Source of the DNA: Octopus bimaculoides
Lineage: Eukaryota
NCBI RefSeq assembly: GCF_001194135.2
Contig: NC_068989.1
Coordinates: 8,469,949 to 8,533,948, forward strand
Length of the DNA stretch: 64,000 nucleotides
Direction of reading: 5' to 3'
Of the stretch, positions 23,759 to 37,546 are shown piece by piece. Each line of letters begins with the position of its first letter. The stretch's first letter is position 1. A program made the position numbers and the translations under genes. The notes beneath the pieces were generated by a model. The model worked only from the letters and a program-made list of their open reading frames with translations, was not told the DNA's origin and did not search any database.

Positions 23759-26068
23759 TGTGTGAGAGCGTTTGTATTTGTGTGTGTGTGTTTCGTTCAT
23801 ATAGAAAATGATTTATTGTCTAAAATAAGAATGACCGATATTGATTCATTTTGTTTTTCTTCCGACGATGCATATTTTCATTTTGCTCGCATCATTTTGT
23901 CCTTATTTTAGTTGCTTCTAAATAAACGTTCCTTCTTTTACCATACATGGTTATACAAGCTACAATTAAAATACATCCACTAAATTGTATTCTATTCGTT
24001 GGCTTATTAGTTTTTGGTGCCATATCTGCGTTGATTAATAAGAATGGTTACTGGTTCCTGTAGCAGCATGGATTTAATGTGTACGTACCATCGCATGCAA
24101 TCATTGGATAGAAATAAATATGAAGCAGAGAAAGAGATAAAAATATCCAATAGCCACAAAGACGGTACTTTTGACAATTTTGACAGCCATCATCTTAATC
24201 TTTATTTGAGGCTATGATATTCTAATTTTATTTTTCGTTTTGTATCTTTGTAATAGAATGGAATTGCGTAACATATCTTTTTTTATTATTGTTTTTATTG
24301 TTACTGTCGTTTAAAATTCTGATTTTAGGATTAACTCCCGGGGTTAGTTAGTTAGTTTGTTTGTTTTTTCTTTAAACATCTCCATTTCTGTATTTTCCGG
24401 AAAGAAAATTAAGGCGAAATTAAATAAAAATGGAGATAAAATAATAAAGAGAGAAAGAAAAACATCTTAAAGCAAAAATAAAATTTGAAACAAGGCGAGG
24501 AAAATGATTATAGAAAGAGTAGGAACTAAGGAGACGGAAGAGAAAATATTGCACAGCGTATGAAAAACTTCGCTAACGATAGATTTTTAGTGGTGAGAAA
24601 AATAAAGAGACAAAGGAAGAGACAGAATTAAAGACTGAGTAGGAGAATGAGAGAGAGAGAAGGAGAGAGAACGACTAGTAACAGAAATATGTGTTGGGTA
24701 GAATTAAATATTTTATGTTTGAAACATTGATGCACATCATTATTGGATTATGTTTCGTTAAGTGTGGAAATCGAAACAAGATTATTTGGTCAGAAAAAGT
24801 TAAAATATGAAAAAGGACAATAAAAGAAAGAACAAAACATTAAAAATTGCCGAGAAGAAAGAGCTAAAAATATGAAGGTGGTCGGAAGGTGGAGGCTTTG
24901 AAAGTGTGAGCAAGAGAGATATGGAATGATATATATATAGACAGGATAAAGATTATGATATGATGCATAATATATGAGGAGAAGAGAATCATAAAAGAGA
25001 TATGAAAAATATAAACATAAAGAATAATATGGAGGAATAGAAATATAAGAAGTTATCAGAATTAGAGAAAAACAAACTGGTAATATTTGAAGAAAAGAAG
25101 ACAGAGAGTACAACAACATGAAGGAACATGAGAAAGAAGAATAGGAAGTAAGCTACAAAAATATTAGAAATAAGAATAACTTGAGAAAGAAAACATTATT
25201 AAAATATGAGTGGAGTCAAACAGAAAGGAAATATGGTGGAAAACAAGAAAGTACAATAGATAGTAAAATATAGAAATGAATCTGGAATAAAGTCTAGAGA
25301 AACGAATATAGAAAAGAGAAAAAATAGTGAAAAGCAAACAAATAAACTTAATTAGTAGGGAATTGAGAGGGATGGCGAGAAATGAACGAAACAAAGTTAA
25401 GAAAAAAGACAATGAATTAAAAATAACGAATGCAAGAAAAAACTGGAAACGCAGAAAGACGGAACAAAAGAGAAATAAAACATGTATGGACAGAACCATG
25501 AAAGATAAAATGGAATAGAGTCAAATTCTGACATATTCATACAGACTGAGATTTATACAGGAGCGCCGTGGTGTCTTTCTCGTGGTTAATATCAATCGAA
25601 GTCGAATGAAATGATTGTTAAATGATTCTTCCCAAGTGGCATGATTCCAGAAAATCCTCAGAGCATCTTTTTCAAATCGAAATCGGGAGATATAAATAAA
25701 AAAAACAGCTATTATTTAAGTAGATCAGAGGATGTTAAAACTTTATACTGTAAAACAGTAATACTGTTGTCAGTCAACAGCTTTTGACTATTGCCAAGGC
25801 TTTCAAAATCTAATACGAAGTTAATGATTGTGACGGTGAGACACAGGCGATTAAATTGCCCTTAATATTTGGCTATGACTTACTTTTCATTGAAGGAATG
25901 ATTTACTTCATGAAAAGCAAAGTTGATCACCATAACATTTGAACACGTTTTGCATTTGGACCCATTTACATTTATTTGTTTTGTGCGAGACTTTCCTTAC
26001 CATCGTATCAGACAGTTTGGCACTATATACGTCATATACACGAATATATATACATATATACATATATG

Positions 26069-26130
<62 letters not shown>

Positions 26131-26157
26131 TAAACATATATATTTACGTATATACAT

Positions 26158-26195
<38 letters not shown>

Positions 26196-26199
26196 TTGC

Positions 26200-26248
<49 letters not shown>

Positions 26249-27527
26249 TATCGCTTTCCGTTCTGTGTACTAGACCCGCCAACGTAAGCGTTGGCTTTAA
26301 TTTTCGAGGTTCATAAAATATAGCGGGTCATATAGTTGGCAGAAGAGCATAGTATTGCCTAACCCGTTCCCTCAGATTATTGCTTTTTCACCTATGCTCA
26401 GAGATATTTGCTTAGTTAGCAGGAAGGTAACAGTGCCTATTGGTTTAATAAAAGTCACATAATTTTGAGCTGAATGTTAGGGCTTCAAATTGATGTTCTG
26501 TCATTCCATCCTGATGCAGTTGTTTATGCGTATTCGGTTAAAACTATCAAGATACAATGTTTAAAACATTTTCCTTACGTCCATTTTACTTCAGAGTACC
26601 GTCTCCTTTCAGTCTGGGCGAATATATAATACTTGAGTTAAGACTGAGCTTTTCCATATATTTTTCAAATTTCGCGCTAATAAAGGCGTCTAAAGTGAAG
26701 TAAAATAATATTACATAAAATTAATGTATGTGTATTTAGAATTTTACATTGAAACTTTTGTGCTAATGTTTATATAAATTAATTATAATTCATATCGATT
26801 TCTTACAAATTCTAGTAGAAAAATTATTCGATAATTGCATATTTTCAGCAAGAATTATCTAGCATGCATAATTTTTGCCATCCAGACGTTGATGCCTAGA
26901 TATTTAATTTATTCCGCAGATATTTTTCATTAGTTTATTTATATATTTTGAAGAGAATTATTTCTTAACGATATAGAAATATACATTGATGTATTTGAAC
27001 ACGGAAACTCGGCAATCGCAATACCTATTGACAATGTTTAGAGTGATGAAGTCATAAGGGAACATATATATNNNNNNNNNNNNNNNNNNNNNNNNNNNNN
27101 NNNNNNNNNNNNNNNNNNNNNNNNNNNNNNNNNNNNNNNNNNNNNNNNNNNNNNNNNNNNNNNNNNNNNNNNNNNNNNNNNNNNNNNNNNNNNNNNNNNN
27201 NNNNNNNNNNNNNNNNNNNNNNNNNNNNNNNNNNNNNNNNNNNNNNNNNNNNNNNNNNNNNNNNNNNNNNNNNNNNNNNNNNNNNNNNNNNNNNNNNNNN
27301 NNNNNNNNNNNNNNNNNNNNNNNNNNNNNNNNNNNNNNNNNNNNNNNNNNNNNNNNNNNNNNNNNNNNNNNNNNNNNNNNNNNNNNNNNNNNNNNNNNNN
27401 NNNNNNNNNNNNNNNNNNNNNNNNNNNNNNNNNNNNNNNNNNNNNNNNNNNNNNNNNNNNNNNNNNNNNNNNNNNNNNNNNNNNNNNNNNNNNNNNNNNN
27501 NNNNNNNNNNNNNNNNNNNNNNNNNNN

Positions 27528-27576
<49 letters not shown>

Positions 27577-27609
27577 TTTATTTATATATATATATATTCT
27601 TTATTTATT

Positions 27610-27950
27610 TCAGTCATATTACTTCGCTCACGTTGGAGCACCGCCTTTAGTCGAAAAATCGATCCCAGGATTTATTCTTTGTAAAGTTGGTACTTATTCT
27701 ATCGGTCAGTTTTGTCGAACCGCTAACTTATGGGGACGTAAGCACAACAGCATCAGTTGTCAAGTAATGGTGGTAGTGACAAACATAGACACACAAATAC
27801 GTGCATACATACATATACAACGGGCTTCTTTCAGTTTTCGTCTACCAAATCCACTCCCAAGGCCTTGGTCTGCCTGAGGCTATAGTAGTGGGACTGAATC
27901 CGTAACTATGTGGTTGGGAACCAAGCTTCTTAGCACACACCCACTCCTGC
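27610..27950 (-). mobile_element. SINE family A, near full length with internal deletion in head
   Basis: Reverse-complement match to the family A 3' body and head (caacgggcttctttcagttttcgtctaccaaatccactc...gtgggactgaatcc). Confidence 0.85.
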
Positions 27951-27956
27951 ACCTAA

Positions 27957-28020
<64 letters not shown>

Positions 28021-28305
28021 ATATATAAGTATAAATCATTCACCTTGTTTAATGATTAATTTAACGATGAAATTCACTTTCACTTCTGGCCTCTATCGTC
28101 AAACGTGTGTTTCTCATAACGCTTCACTTCCTTTTCCACTAATTCATATATATACCATTTCGCTCCTTCATTGGATTGGTTTCACCCTGTCACTTTATCT
28201 CTCTCACTTTCTCTCTCTCTCTCTCACACACTTACACACATCACACCGCACGCACACAGGCACACACTCTCTCGCTCTTTCCGTCTCTCTTTCCGTATAT
28301 GTATG

Positions 28306-28314
<9 letters not shown>

Positions 28315-28377
<63 letters not shown>

Positions 28378-28550
28378 TGTGTGTATGTGTGTGTGAGTGT
28401 ATATGTGTGTGTGAGTGTATATGTGTGGGTGTGTGTGAGTGTATATGTGTGTATGTGTGTGTGTGAGTGTATATGCGTGTATGTGTGTGTGTGTGAGTGT
28501 ATATATGTGTGTGCGTGCGTGTGTGTCTGCATGTACGTGTGTGTATGTGT
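28315..28550. repeat. (GT)n microsatellite grading into a GAGTGTATAT(GT)n higher-order repeat
   Basis: Direct inspection. Confidence 0.9.
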
Positions 28551-28617
28551 ACATATACAAAGGTACTCTCATTTCCTTCTCAGTTTATGTAGTGCGATGT
28601 CAGGATGTGTGCTGTAA

Positions 28618-28653
<36 letters not shown>

Positions 28654-29410
28654 TATAATGTATCACATACGCATTTGCATGCATGTACGTAAAGGTATAC
28701 AGCCATAAATATACATACATACATACATACATACATACATACATACATACACACCTGTACAATCATATACACATACCTCGCACTTCTTTGATAATTCATA
28801 TTGCTTCCATCTCTTATTTTGTCTTTCTTTCGAATTCTCTTAGAAGCATTTCTGCATCTCTTATCCGTGACCTCAACGTGTCACTCTTGCATCTGGCGGC
28901 CAACGTTTCTAACTATTCATCTTCATATTTACATAACTATTTATCCATTAATCTACAAACCCACCGTCCCCTCCATTTTCCCTGTCTTTCTTCCTCCCTT
29001 CTCATTCTATATCTATTTATTTATCTAGCACCTTACCATATATCTATTATCACCTTGTGATGTATCAGTTCTCTCTTATATTTCTATCAACTCTGTATCT
29101 ATGACCCTGCTTCATAATTGTTTATGATTATGTACACTAGAATACTTATATATGTGTGTGTGTTTGTGTGTATGTATAAATATATATACGCATGTATATA
29201 TATATATATATATATATNNNNNNNNNNNNNNNNNNNNNNNNNNNNNNNNNNNNNNNNNNNNNNNNNNNNNNNNNNNNNNNNNNNNNATATATATACACAC
29301 ATACATATATATACATATACATATATACACACACACATATATATATATCTATATATATCTATATATATATATATGCATACAGGTTTATATTTACATAGTT
29401 ATGTATATAC

Positions 29411-29462
<52 letters not shown>

Positions 29463-30119
29463 ATGCACGTGTGTGTATTTCTGTGTATGCATGTGTGCGT
29501 ATGTGGTGTGGGTGATGCCTGGTCGGTTTCTGTTTGTATACCCACTTCCTTAATTCTCTTGTAGATTCATTCAATCTACAGAAGTACGTACCTGATTTCA
29601 TCACCTTACATCACACGAGCTCAATAATCCTCTAGGTCCCTTTCATAATGACTCTCTTTCCTCTCTGTCTTTCCTCCCTCCTTTCCTCTCCCTCTTCCTC
29701 TCTCCTTCTCTGGTAAACGCACTATCTAACTACGCTAAGGTCTTACCATCTGACACACATTGAACTAGTCTCGACCATCTATGCAATATAAGCTACTAAG
29801 CAGCTGTTCCTTGTTGCTGACAAGCAATATGTCTGTCTTACCATGATAAATTCATTTGATCGCTGCACTACTTTGGATATGCTTTCATATCGACTTCTGC
29901 CTTCATTTTTGATCACGTTTCTTTACATATTTTTCGTTGTTATTGTCATCGCCGCCGTCGTTATCATTGCCTGTGTTATTATTGTTGTTGTTCTTTGAAT
30001 TTGCCGTTGATTCTTCATCATACAGCGGCAGATGGCATTACTTTGTTGTATTAGCTATTCCCGTCGCTGCTGGTTTTAATGATGTTACTACTACTACTAC
30101 TTCTGCTACTGCTGCAGTG

Positions 30120-30235
30120 GCTTAGCGGCATATTTCATCTTTCTTTACATTCTGAGTTCAAATTTCATCCCTTTCGGTATCGATGTAATGAATACCAGTT
30201 GCACACTAGGGTCCGGTTAATTGATTGGCTCACTG
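30120..30235 (+). mobile_element. SINE family B fragment
   Basis: gcttagcggcatatttc...ttctgagttcaaatt...ccctttcggtatcgat. Confidence 0.65.
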
Positions 30236-30769
30236 TCCCAACATTCCGAGCGATGCACCAATGGTAGAGAAGAAAAGTTATGTAGCGCATTCATGCCAGT
30301 GTATTTATTATCAATGCCACGAATGTTGCTGAAGATGTGTTGCTTGTGGTATCTTGATGTTGTCTTCTTCCATATCCAAACTGAACAGTGTTCAAAAGCG
30401 TTCCAACTGTGACTACCACATTGACTTCCATATACCCAGAGCTAATCCTGTTAATTTTCTATTGGCTGATGTGAGAAATATGAACGAAATATTGATGCTG
30501 TTTGTAAGTGACCAAGTGAGAATTTACAGGCTCGCTCATTAGCCCCGTCATAAGAATATTGAACTTGATGGTGGAGGCGGAGGAGGTGGTAGAAGCGGAA
30601 ATTGTAGGGACGACAATGATGCTGCTGAAAGGGAGGATGGTAAGAGTGGCGACGATTATGACAATGACGATGACGAACACTACTACGACCCAGAAGGTGA
30701 TAATGTGGAAGCTGCTGCTGTAGGTTATTATGATGATAGTGGTGATACTGATGATGATGATGGTGATGG

Positions 30770-30804
<35 letters not shown>

Positions 30805-30829
30805 CGCCAGTCCCTCGAATAGTTATTCA

Positions 30830-30955
30830 TTTACGGCTGAGTGAACTGGAGTAACTTAGAATGAAGTATTTTGCTGAAGACCACAAACCGCCCGTCCTGG
30901 GAATCGAGGCCAGAGTATTACGATTGTGAGTGCAACTCCCCCACCATTAAGATTC
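30830..30955 (-). mobile_element. SINE head fragment, family C (related to 53521-53600)
   Basis: Reverse complement shows a tRNA-like head (...cactcacaatcgtaa...cctcgattcccaggacgggcgg). Confidence 0.5.
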
Positions 30956-31199
30956 GAGCCTTTACTTACTTGGTGCACGGTTTTCGGTTCGATTCTGCCA
31001 AAGTCACACTTGATAGTTTGTTATTGGGTTGATGCCATTCTTAAGCAATTTCGTCGACTTTCAACAGAGATATGATCAAAAGAATTCCATCTATGGCCAT
31101 CCCGCCCATTCTCAGTTACAGTGTTTCTAAAAGCCAAATGGTCTAATATCGTTTTTCCTTCGTACCATTTGAAGAAGATATGGCTACTATTTCTCGCAG

Positions 31200-31268
31200 A
31201 TCAAGCGCTGAGTTTGAAGAGCCCTTCTTCGCTCTTTGACAGGTCTCCAGAGATGGAGAGGAAAAGTG
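31200..31268 (+). CDS. Candidate isolated 69-nt symmetric (phase 1-1) coding exon of an unidentified host gene
   Basis: Acceptor ctatttctcgcag and consensus donor G|GTAAGT. The length is a multiple of 3 and the frame is open: (D)QALSLKSPSSLFDRSPEMERKS(G). No repeat similarity seen. No partner exon identified. Confidence 0.45.
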
Positions 31269-32003
31269 GTAAGTATGTGTTAATGGTGCAGATGATCATG
31301 AATGTGGTAACTATAGATGATAACAATAGAATAACAATAGAACTGCCGATGTCTAGATTCTCCTAGCACTAAAGGAACTTACGTAATCATAGCAAAGTTG
31401 ATGGAGTTAGCTGTAGTAATAGAGAACGAATCAAAGATTTCGTGATAAGTCAGCTGAAACTATTAAAATGACAATAGCATAGGGAACGGAAAATGAGGCC
31501 TTTACCAATAGCTATAATCACTTTGCTATAAACGACAATATATTCTAAGATGCAACAGATGAAAGTTCTACTAAAAGAAATAAAACTAACACAAGATTGG
31601 CTACACCAGATATAACAAGTATGTAGGCGTCATAAACTGTCGAACCAGCAATCGCGCCCAAAGTATTAAATTAAAAATATCGTTTGTTCTAATGAAAAGA
31701 GATAAGTGCAAGATGTGTCTCTAAACGTTAATCGCACAATTGCAGTATTAAAATTCAATTGGTCAGATGTCGGTTGCTTTTAAAGATATCGCGTAAGAAT
31801 TCGATACGCAATAATTTATGCACATATATATAAATATATGCATGTACACATATCTTTTATGCATATATGTATCACATACATATATATTGACGCATGTATG
31901 TACTGGCGTTCTTATACATATGTATACGTGCATATATACACACACACATATATATATATATATATATGTATGCGCAGAATGTGAAATAGGGAGGTAGATA
32001 GAC

Positions 32004-32034
<31 letters not shown>

Positions 32035-32565
32035 CACACAGAGAGAGACAGACAGACAGACAGAGACAGACAGGGGGAGAGTGAACGAAATAGAGAGAGT
32101 GGGGAATGAAAGAGAGACGTTTGGTTGAAAATGACGGAATTGGGTCTAAAAAACAGCAACAGTTTTCGATAAATATACAGTCGGCATTATTTTTAAAGTC
32201 CACACTCTAATATTCCAAGCAAACTAATAAATATAACTGTTTTAATTTTGCTTGGCGTTGTTCTGATAATTTTTAACGATCAATAATACCGACCTTCCGT
32301 TTTAGAATTTCTTCTTGATTACAGAACTTTTGTTGCCATTCTTATCAAAATGAAATAAAGTTATCAACAATACATTTATGCATTTAAATCATATTCATTC
32401 TCATAATAGAATATATTTCTAGCTAAGATTACGTATCAAAGTACTAACATACGCTGACAAAATTATCGATTGCAATATAAGAACATTTCCGTGTAGATCT
32501 TTATCGTCCCAAGTATTGCAATCCGACGGAACACCTTGACTGCTTTACGATCTTGTGTCTGTACA

Positions 32566-32600
<35 letters not shown>

Positions 32601-32634
32601 CACAGCACACCGAGCACATACACATATGTATGTA

Positions 32635-32682
<48 letters not shown>

Positions 32683-32689
32683 CCAAGAA

Positions 32690-33105
32690 AGTTAGGGGGT
32701 TGTGAATCCAACCCACTAAGAGATAATACCTATCCAACATACTGCCGGAAGGATACCCAATTACTATTACACTAGTGTTTTAAGCAAGTGCAATAAATGT
32801 GTGCGGGTAAAAGGAAATTTTACCCTTAATTTATATAGCAATAAGTAAACAGGTAAATGACATAATATATATATACCAATAAGAAAATGGAGGGGAATAT
32901 GTGGTACTCATCAACTTGCAGACATTGTATTATGTCATTTACCTGTTTACTTATTGCTATATAAATTAAGGGTAAAATTTCCTTTTACCGGCACCCATTT
33001 ATTGCACTTGGTAAAAACACTAGTGTAATAGTAATTGGGTATCCTTCCTGCAGTATATTGGATAGATATTATCCCTTAGTGGGTTGGATTCACAACGCCC
33101 TAACT
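32690..33105. mobile_element. Foldback/MITE-like palindrome with ~178-bp inverted arms
   Basis: Left arm 32690-32867 and right arm 32928-33105 are near-complementary along their length, with a ~60-bp spacer. Confidence 0.85.
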
Positions 33106-33707
33106 ATATTTGCTGCCTTGATCAAATTATTTGTTTCTGCCATGTTTTTCTTTTTTTTTGTTCTGATGAATTTCAGAATTTCATTCACATTTTTTGTTTC
33201 TTGGTTCAATTTCCACAGTTCACCCTTTATAAGGTTGCAAATTATGTCGCTATCGTTCTCCTGTAGCCTTGCCTTTATTCTGTCGAAGATTGCCTTTTGT
33301 CCATCTGTCGTGTCACCATTAGTTTTATTGTCTTCTTCCAAACCATTTTTATGTCTCTCATCGAGCAAGCTATCACCGTTCCTTTCCTGTGGTTTTTTAG
33401 AGATTTCACCTCTGTTTTCTGTTATGAGATTACTTTTATCAGTAGGAACTGTATTTTCATCGTTTCCTCTGCTGCTGTTTTTCAATATCCGTCTTTTGAT
33501 AACTTCGAGCTCTACTTCTGAAAACCAGCGATTTTTTCTTATTGATCTAGCTTAGATCACATAATCTCTGTCCCGTGTGTTGAAACAATCCCCCTTTTAT
33601 TTCCTCCATTGATCATACATACATTGTCAGTATCCCCTAAGATGAACACCATTTTCGTCTACGGGGTTGCTCAGGTAGTAACACGTCATGTCCACAGCAT
33701 TGATTTG
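33103..33707 (-). mobile_element. Dong/R4-clade LINE, N-terminal ORF region
   Basis: TCYYLSNPVDENG...RGY*QCMYDQWR...QRLCD.ARSIRKNRWFSEVELEVIKRRI, then KLNQETKNVNEILKFIRT...ETNNLIKAANIV. These match the R4/Dong N-terminal (CY..S.P..RGY..RM..W...QRL.DQAR.I) and ITETN.L..AA blocks. Confidence 0.8.
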
Positions 33708-33746
33708 TTATTATTATTATAATTATAATTATTATTATTATTATTA

Positions 33747-33811
<65 letters not shown>

Positions 33812-33822
33812 GCTATTATTAT
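33708..33822. repeat. (ATT)n microsatellite
   Basis: Direct inspection. Confidence 0.95.
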
Positions 33823-35523
33823 TGCCGATGTTCGTGTAAATATTTTGGTGGATGGTGTTAATACATTTGGCCATCAGAAAGAATGTCTTTAAATATATAA
33901 TTTTATCGTTCTATCATAGATGCACACAAAGGTATTCTGTTCACATAGCTGTCTGTGTGTGTATGTGTGTATGTGTAATCTACTTCTTTATTTAATTAAT
34001 AATTATTACTATTTGTATGAAAAATATCGTAACTGCCGACTATAAAATCATTGTTTGTACATGTCCTTTTGATTCTTAAAAAAATATTTGTTTTTATATT
34101 GCTCCAAACTTTGAATATTTTAATGGCAAATAAAGATGGAATTTATTGAAATTTATTAACTGAATTTTGTTAGTAATTGCAAATGTTCAAATGAAGAAAC
34201 AATATTTGTTAACAAATTCTAGATTTTCTTTTCCTTCAATAAAGCAGCTTGAAATTGAAGTCACACACAATGTGAAAAAATTTAATATAAAAATTCAATT
34301 TAAACGAAAATTAAACATCTGTATATATGTACGTGTATGTGTATACATATATATTTATTACATACACACACGCGTACACACACACTCACATACACACACT
34401 CATATAAATACATATATATATATATTTCCTTTAGATAAGCGCTTAAGTGTCGGAGACAGTAATTATGTAACAAAATATCATCTATAACATATTTAGAATG
34501 TTTGACTTTACAAACAACTGTTGAATTTTTTAGTCACACAAATCTAAAACTGCTCGCAAATCCTAGCACAGCACATGTTTAGTATAGGATACGAATTGTT
34601 TACGAAAATAGGGGCAGTCGATATTTGAGCGAGTTTTTATGGTCATCACGGCTATGAGGTGAGTAAATTTCAATTTCTTAAAATATAGTGCAAGAGCCCG
34701 TCGAATATTTTTCTGTTCGGATTCTATGTTACGTGTAAAAAAAAGTGTCCTTGCGAATGTAACTGTCATTATTTAATGTGTGTGTGTGTGTGACTGTGCA
34801 TGTGTTCGAGTGTGTGATTCTGTGGCTGGCTCTAAGATAGATAGTACGAATGCATGTTGATCATTTAACTATTGTCCAATATGGTGGCAGAGTCATTTTA
34901 GGACGTCCACTCTTTTGCGTTATTTGTTAGAGCAAGATATAAAACAGATAGTAATGTATGTTTGGGAAGTATCAATTTGCCACTGGTTGTACTTCCCAAA
35001 TATTATTTTCAAATATTAATTGAATCATTAATTACTAATTGACCTGTCAATAATTGACAGAAGGCTCTTTGATTCATATTTAACAAAAGATGTCTTATAC
35101 TACGCTGTAAATTGTGCGAAGTAATGTGATCTATATATCTTCAACTCGCATTCACAACTTTAACAGTGAAACGGAATAAGAAAAAGAGATAGAGTTATGT
35201 GTATGTGAATACAGTTACAAAATAAATGCAAAAGAAATTCTGGTTGTCGTATTTATGTATAAATGGAAAGCACAACTCAACATAACGAAGAGAAAATATT
35301 TGAGTTCCTCACGAATTGATGAAATGGTTCTTAAAGTGAGATACCGAAGTAGTGAAGTTGGAAATTTTAAGCTGCATGATACTTTTATTAAAAGATAAAT
35401 TATATATATANNNNNNNNNNATAAGGTCCACCTACTGGAAACACTAACAAGGATTTGGCGTATTTCCTTGAATTTGACTCAAGTCGAAAATTCTTGTACT
35501 GTGCACAGATTCTTATCGTAACA

Positions 35524-35562
<39 letters not shown>

Positions 35563-36024
35563 TATATACTAATCGAACACTGACTGTGCGTCGTTGGCCA
35601 GCTATAGGATCGCCACATTTAGTTGGCAAATTTATTTTTCGATTCCGTACTTTTATTGTTTACTTCCCGCACAGAGATTTAATATAACTTATCTTTCTCT
35701 TTACGAGATCAGCAATAGTGTGTCGCTAGAAAAAGGATATAGTATTTTGCGACTGGAAAGTGTTCTTTATCAATAGCTAGCGATTAACACACACCCAGAA
35801 ACCCGGGTTTATGTGTATCCCGTAAGGCTAGAGATGGGAGCGATGACCTCCATCGCAAATACTAATCGAACGCAGACTGTGTCGTTGGCGAATTGGAGAA
35901 GATGTCTTCCTGAGGCTAAAAACAACAGTAACACCGTCCTCTATAGGAGCACCTCATTTAGTTGGCAAATATATTTTATGATTCCTCACCGTTACTGTTT
36001 GTCTATCGCTCATAGATTTAATAT

Positions 36025-36110
<86 letters not shown>

Positions 36111-36492
36111 TATATATATATATATATTGGTAACGTAGAGTATGTCTCATCCAGCTGATAATCAAAGCATATAGCAACGAGAAAAACATATGAATTTACT
36201 TTCATATTTCGCGCTACAGAGCTGGATAAATATGCTTAAACGATAATATTTATTACATATTTTGTCAATTTTGCATACACATACGTCACTACTAGTTCCG
36301 TTGTCTTGTTTAAATACGAGAATATGGAGCCTCATTTATGTTATTTTTCCGGTAAAAGTTATCAAAATATAATCATATTTTCATATGCTAAAAGAAACAA
36401 ATTAGTTTGTGTATGTATGCATGTATACGCATGTATATGTACACGCACACATTTATTTATCTATGTATTTATCTCTCTATCTCACACTCTCC

Positions 36493-36531
<39 letters not shown>

Positions 36532-36617
36532 GTTTGCGTGCATATAAAACAATACACTTACCATATGTAAATATACAGAGTTAAGTCTATTGATATATAT
36601 ATGACATGTGTGTGTAT

Positions 36618-36672
<55 letters not shown>

Positions 36673-37028
36673 TCTATCTATCTATATATGTNNNNNNNNN
36701 NNNNNNNNNNNNNNNNNNNNNNNNNNNNNNNNNNNNNNNNNNNNNNNNNNNNNNNNNNNNNNNNNNNNNNNNNNNNNNNNNNNNNNNNNNNNNNNNNNNN
36801 NNNNNNNNNNNNNNNNNNNNNNNNNNNNNNNNNNNNNNNNNNNNNNNNNNNNNNNNNNNNNNNNNNNNNNNNNNNNNNNNNNNNNNNNNNNNNNNNNNNN
36901 NNNNNNNNNNNNNNNNNNNNNNNNNNNNNNNNNNNNNNNNNNNNNNNNNNNNNNNNNNNNNNNNNNNNNNNNNNNNNNNNNNNNNNNNNNNNNNNNNNNN
37001 NNNNNNNNNNNNNNNNNNNNNNNNNNNN

Positions 37029-37065
<37 letters not shown>

Positions 37066-37446
37066 CATGCATAAATCTATCTATCTACGTATATATACAT
37101 ATATATAATTAGTGTGTAATTGGTATATAATTAGTTGGCTTGTATCATTAAACAAAACTCGAAGCAAACATCAGATCAGATTGAATATGGTTGTTCACTT
37201 TTAGCTTCACATAAGATTACTTTTGATCATCTTGCTGTCTTTCTAGCGATTATTAAGCAGATACTTGTTTAGTAATTGTATCCTTGGTATTACTGAAGGC
37301 TGTTGGTATTGCCACCGCTACCATCAACACTACCAGTGTTATACTACTACTACGGCTACAACTATTGCTACTGCTACTACTACTACTACTTCTATTCAGT
37401 ATATATGTCATAAATATATAAATTCGAAAATGTGTATGCAGATTTG

Positions 37447-37494
<48 letters not shown>

Positions 37495-37504
37495 NNNNNN
37501 NNNN

Positions 37505-37546
<42 letters not shown>

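Noticed and set aside
30300-30560. Possible RTE fragment on the minus strand (LWVYGSQC...NAFEHC)
   Set aside because: Only loose similarity to LLYGSE.W...FE; cannot be supported.
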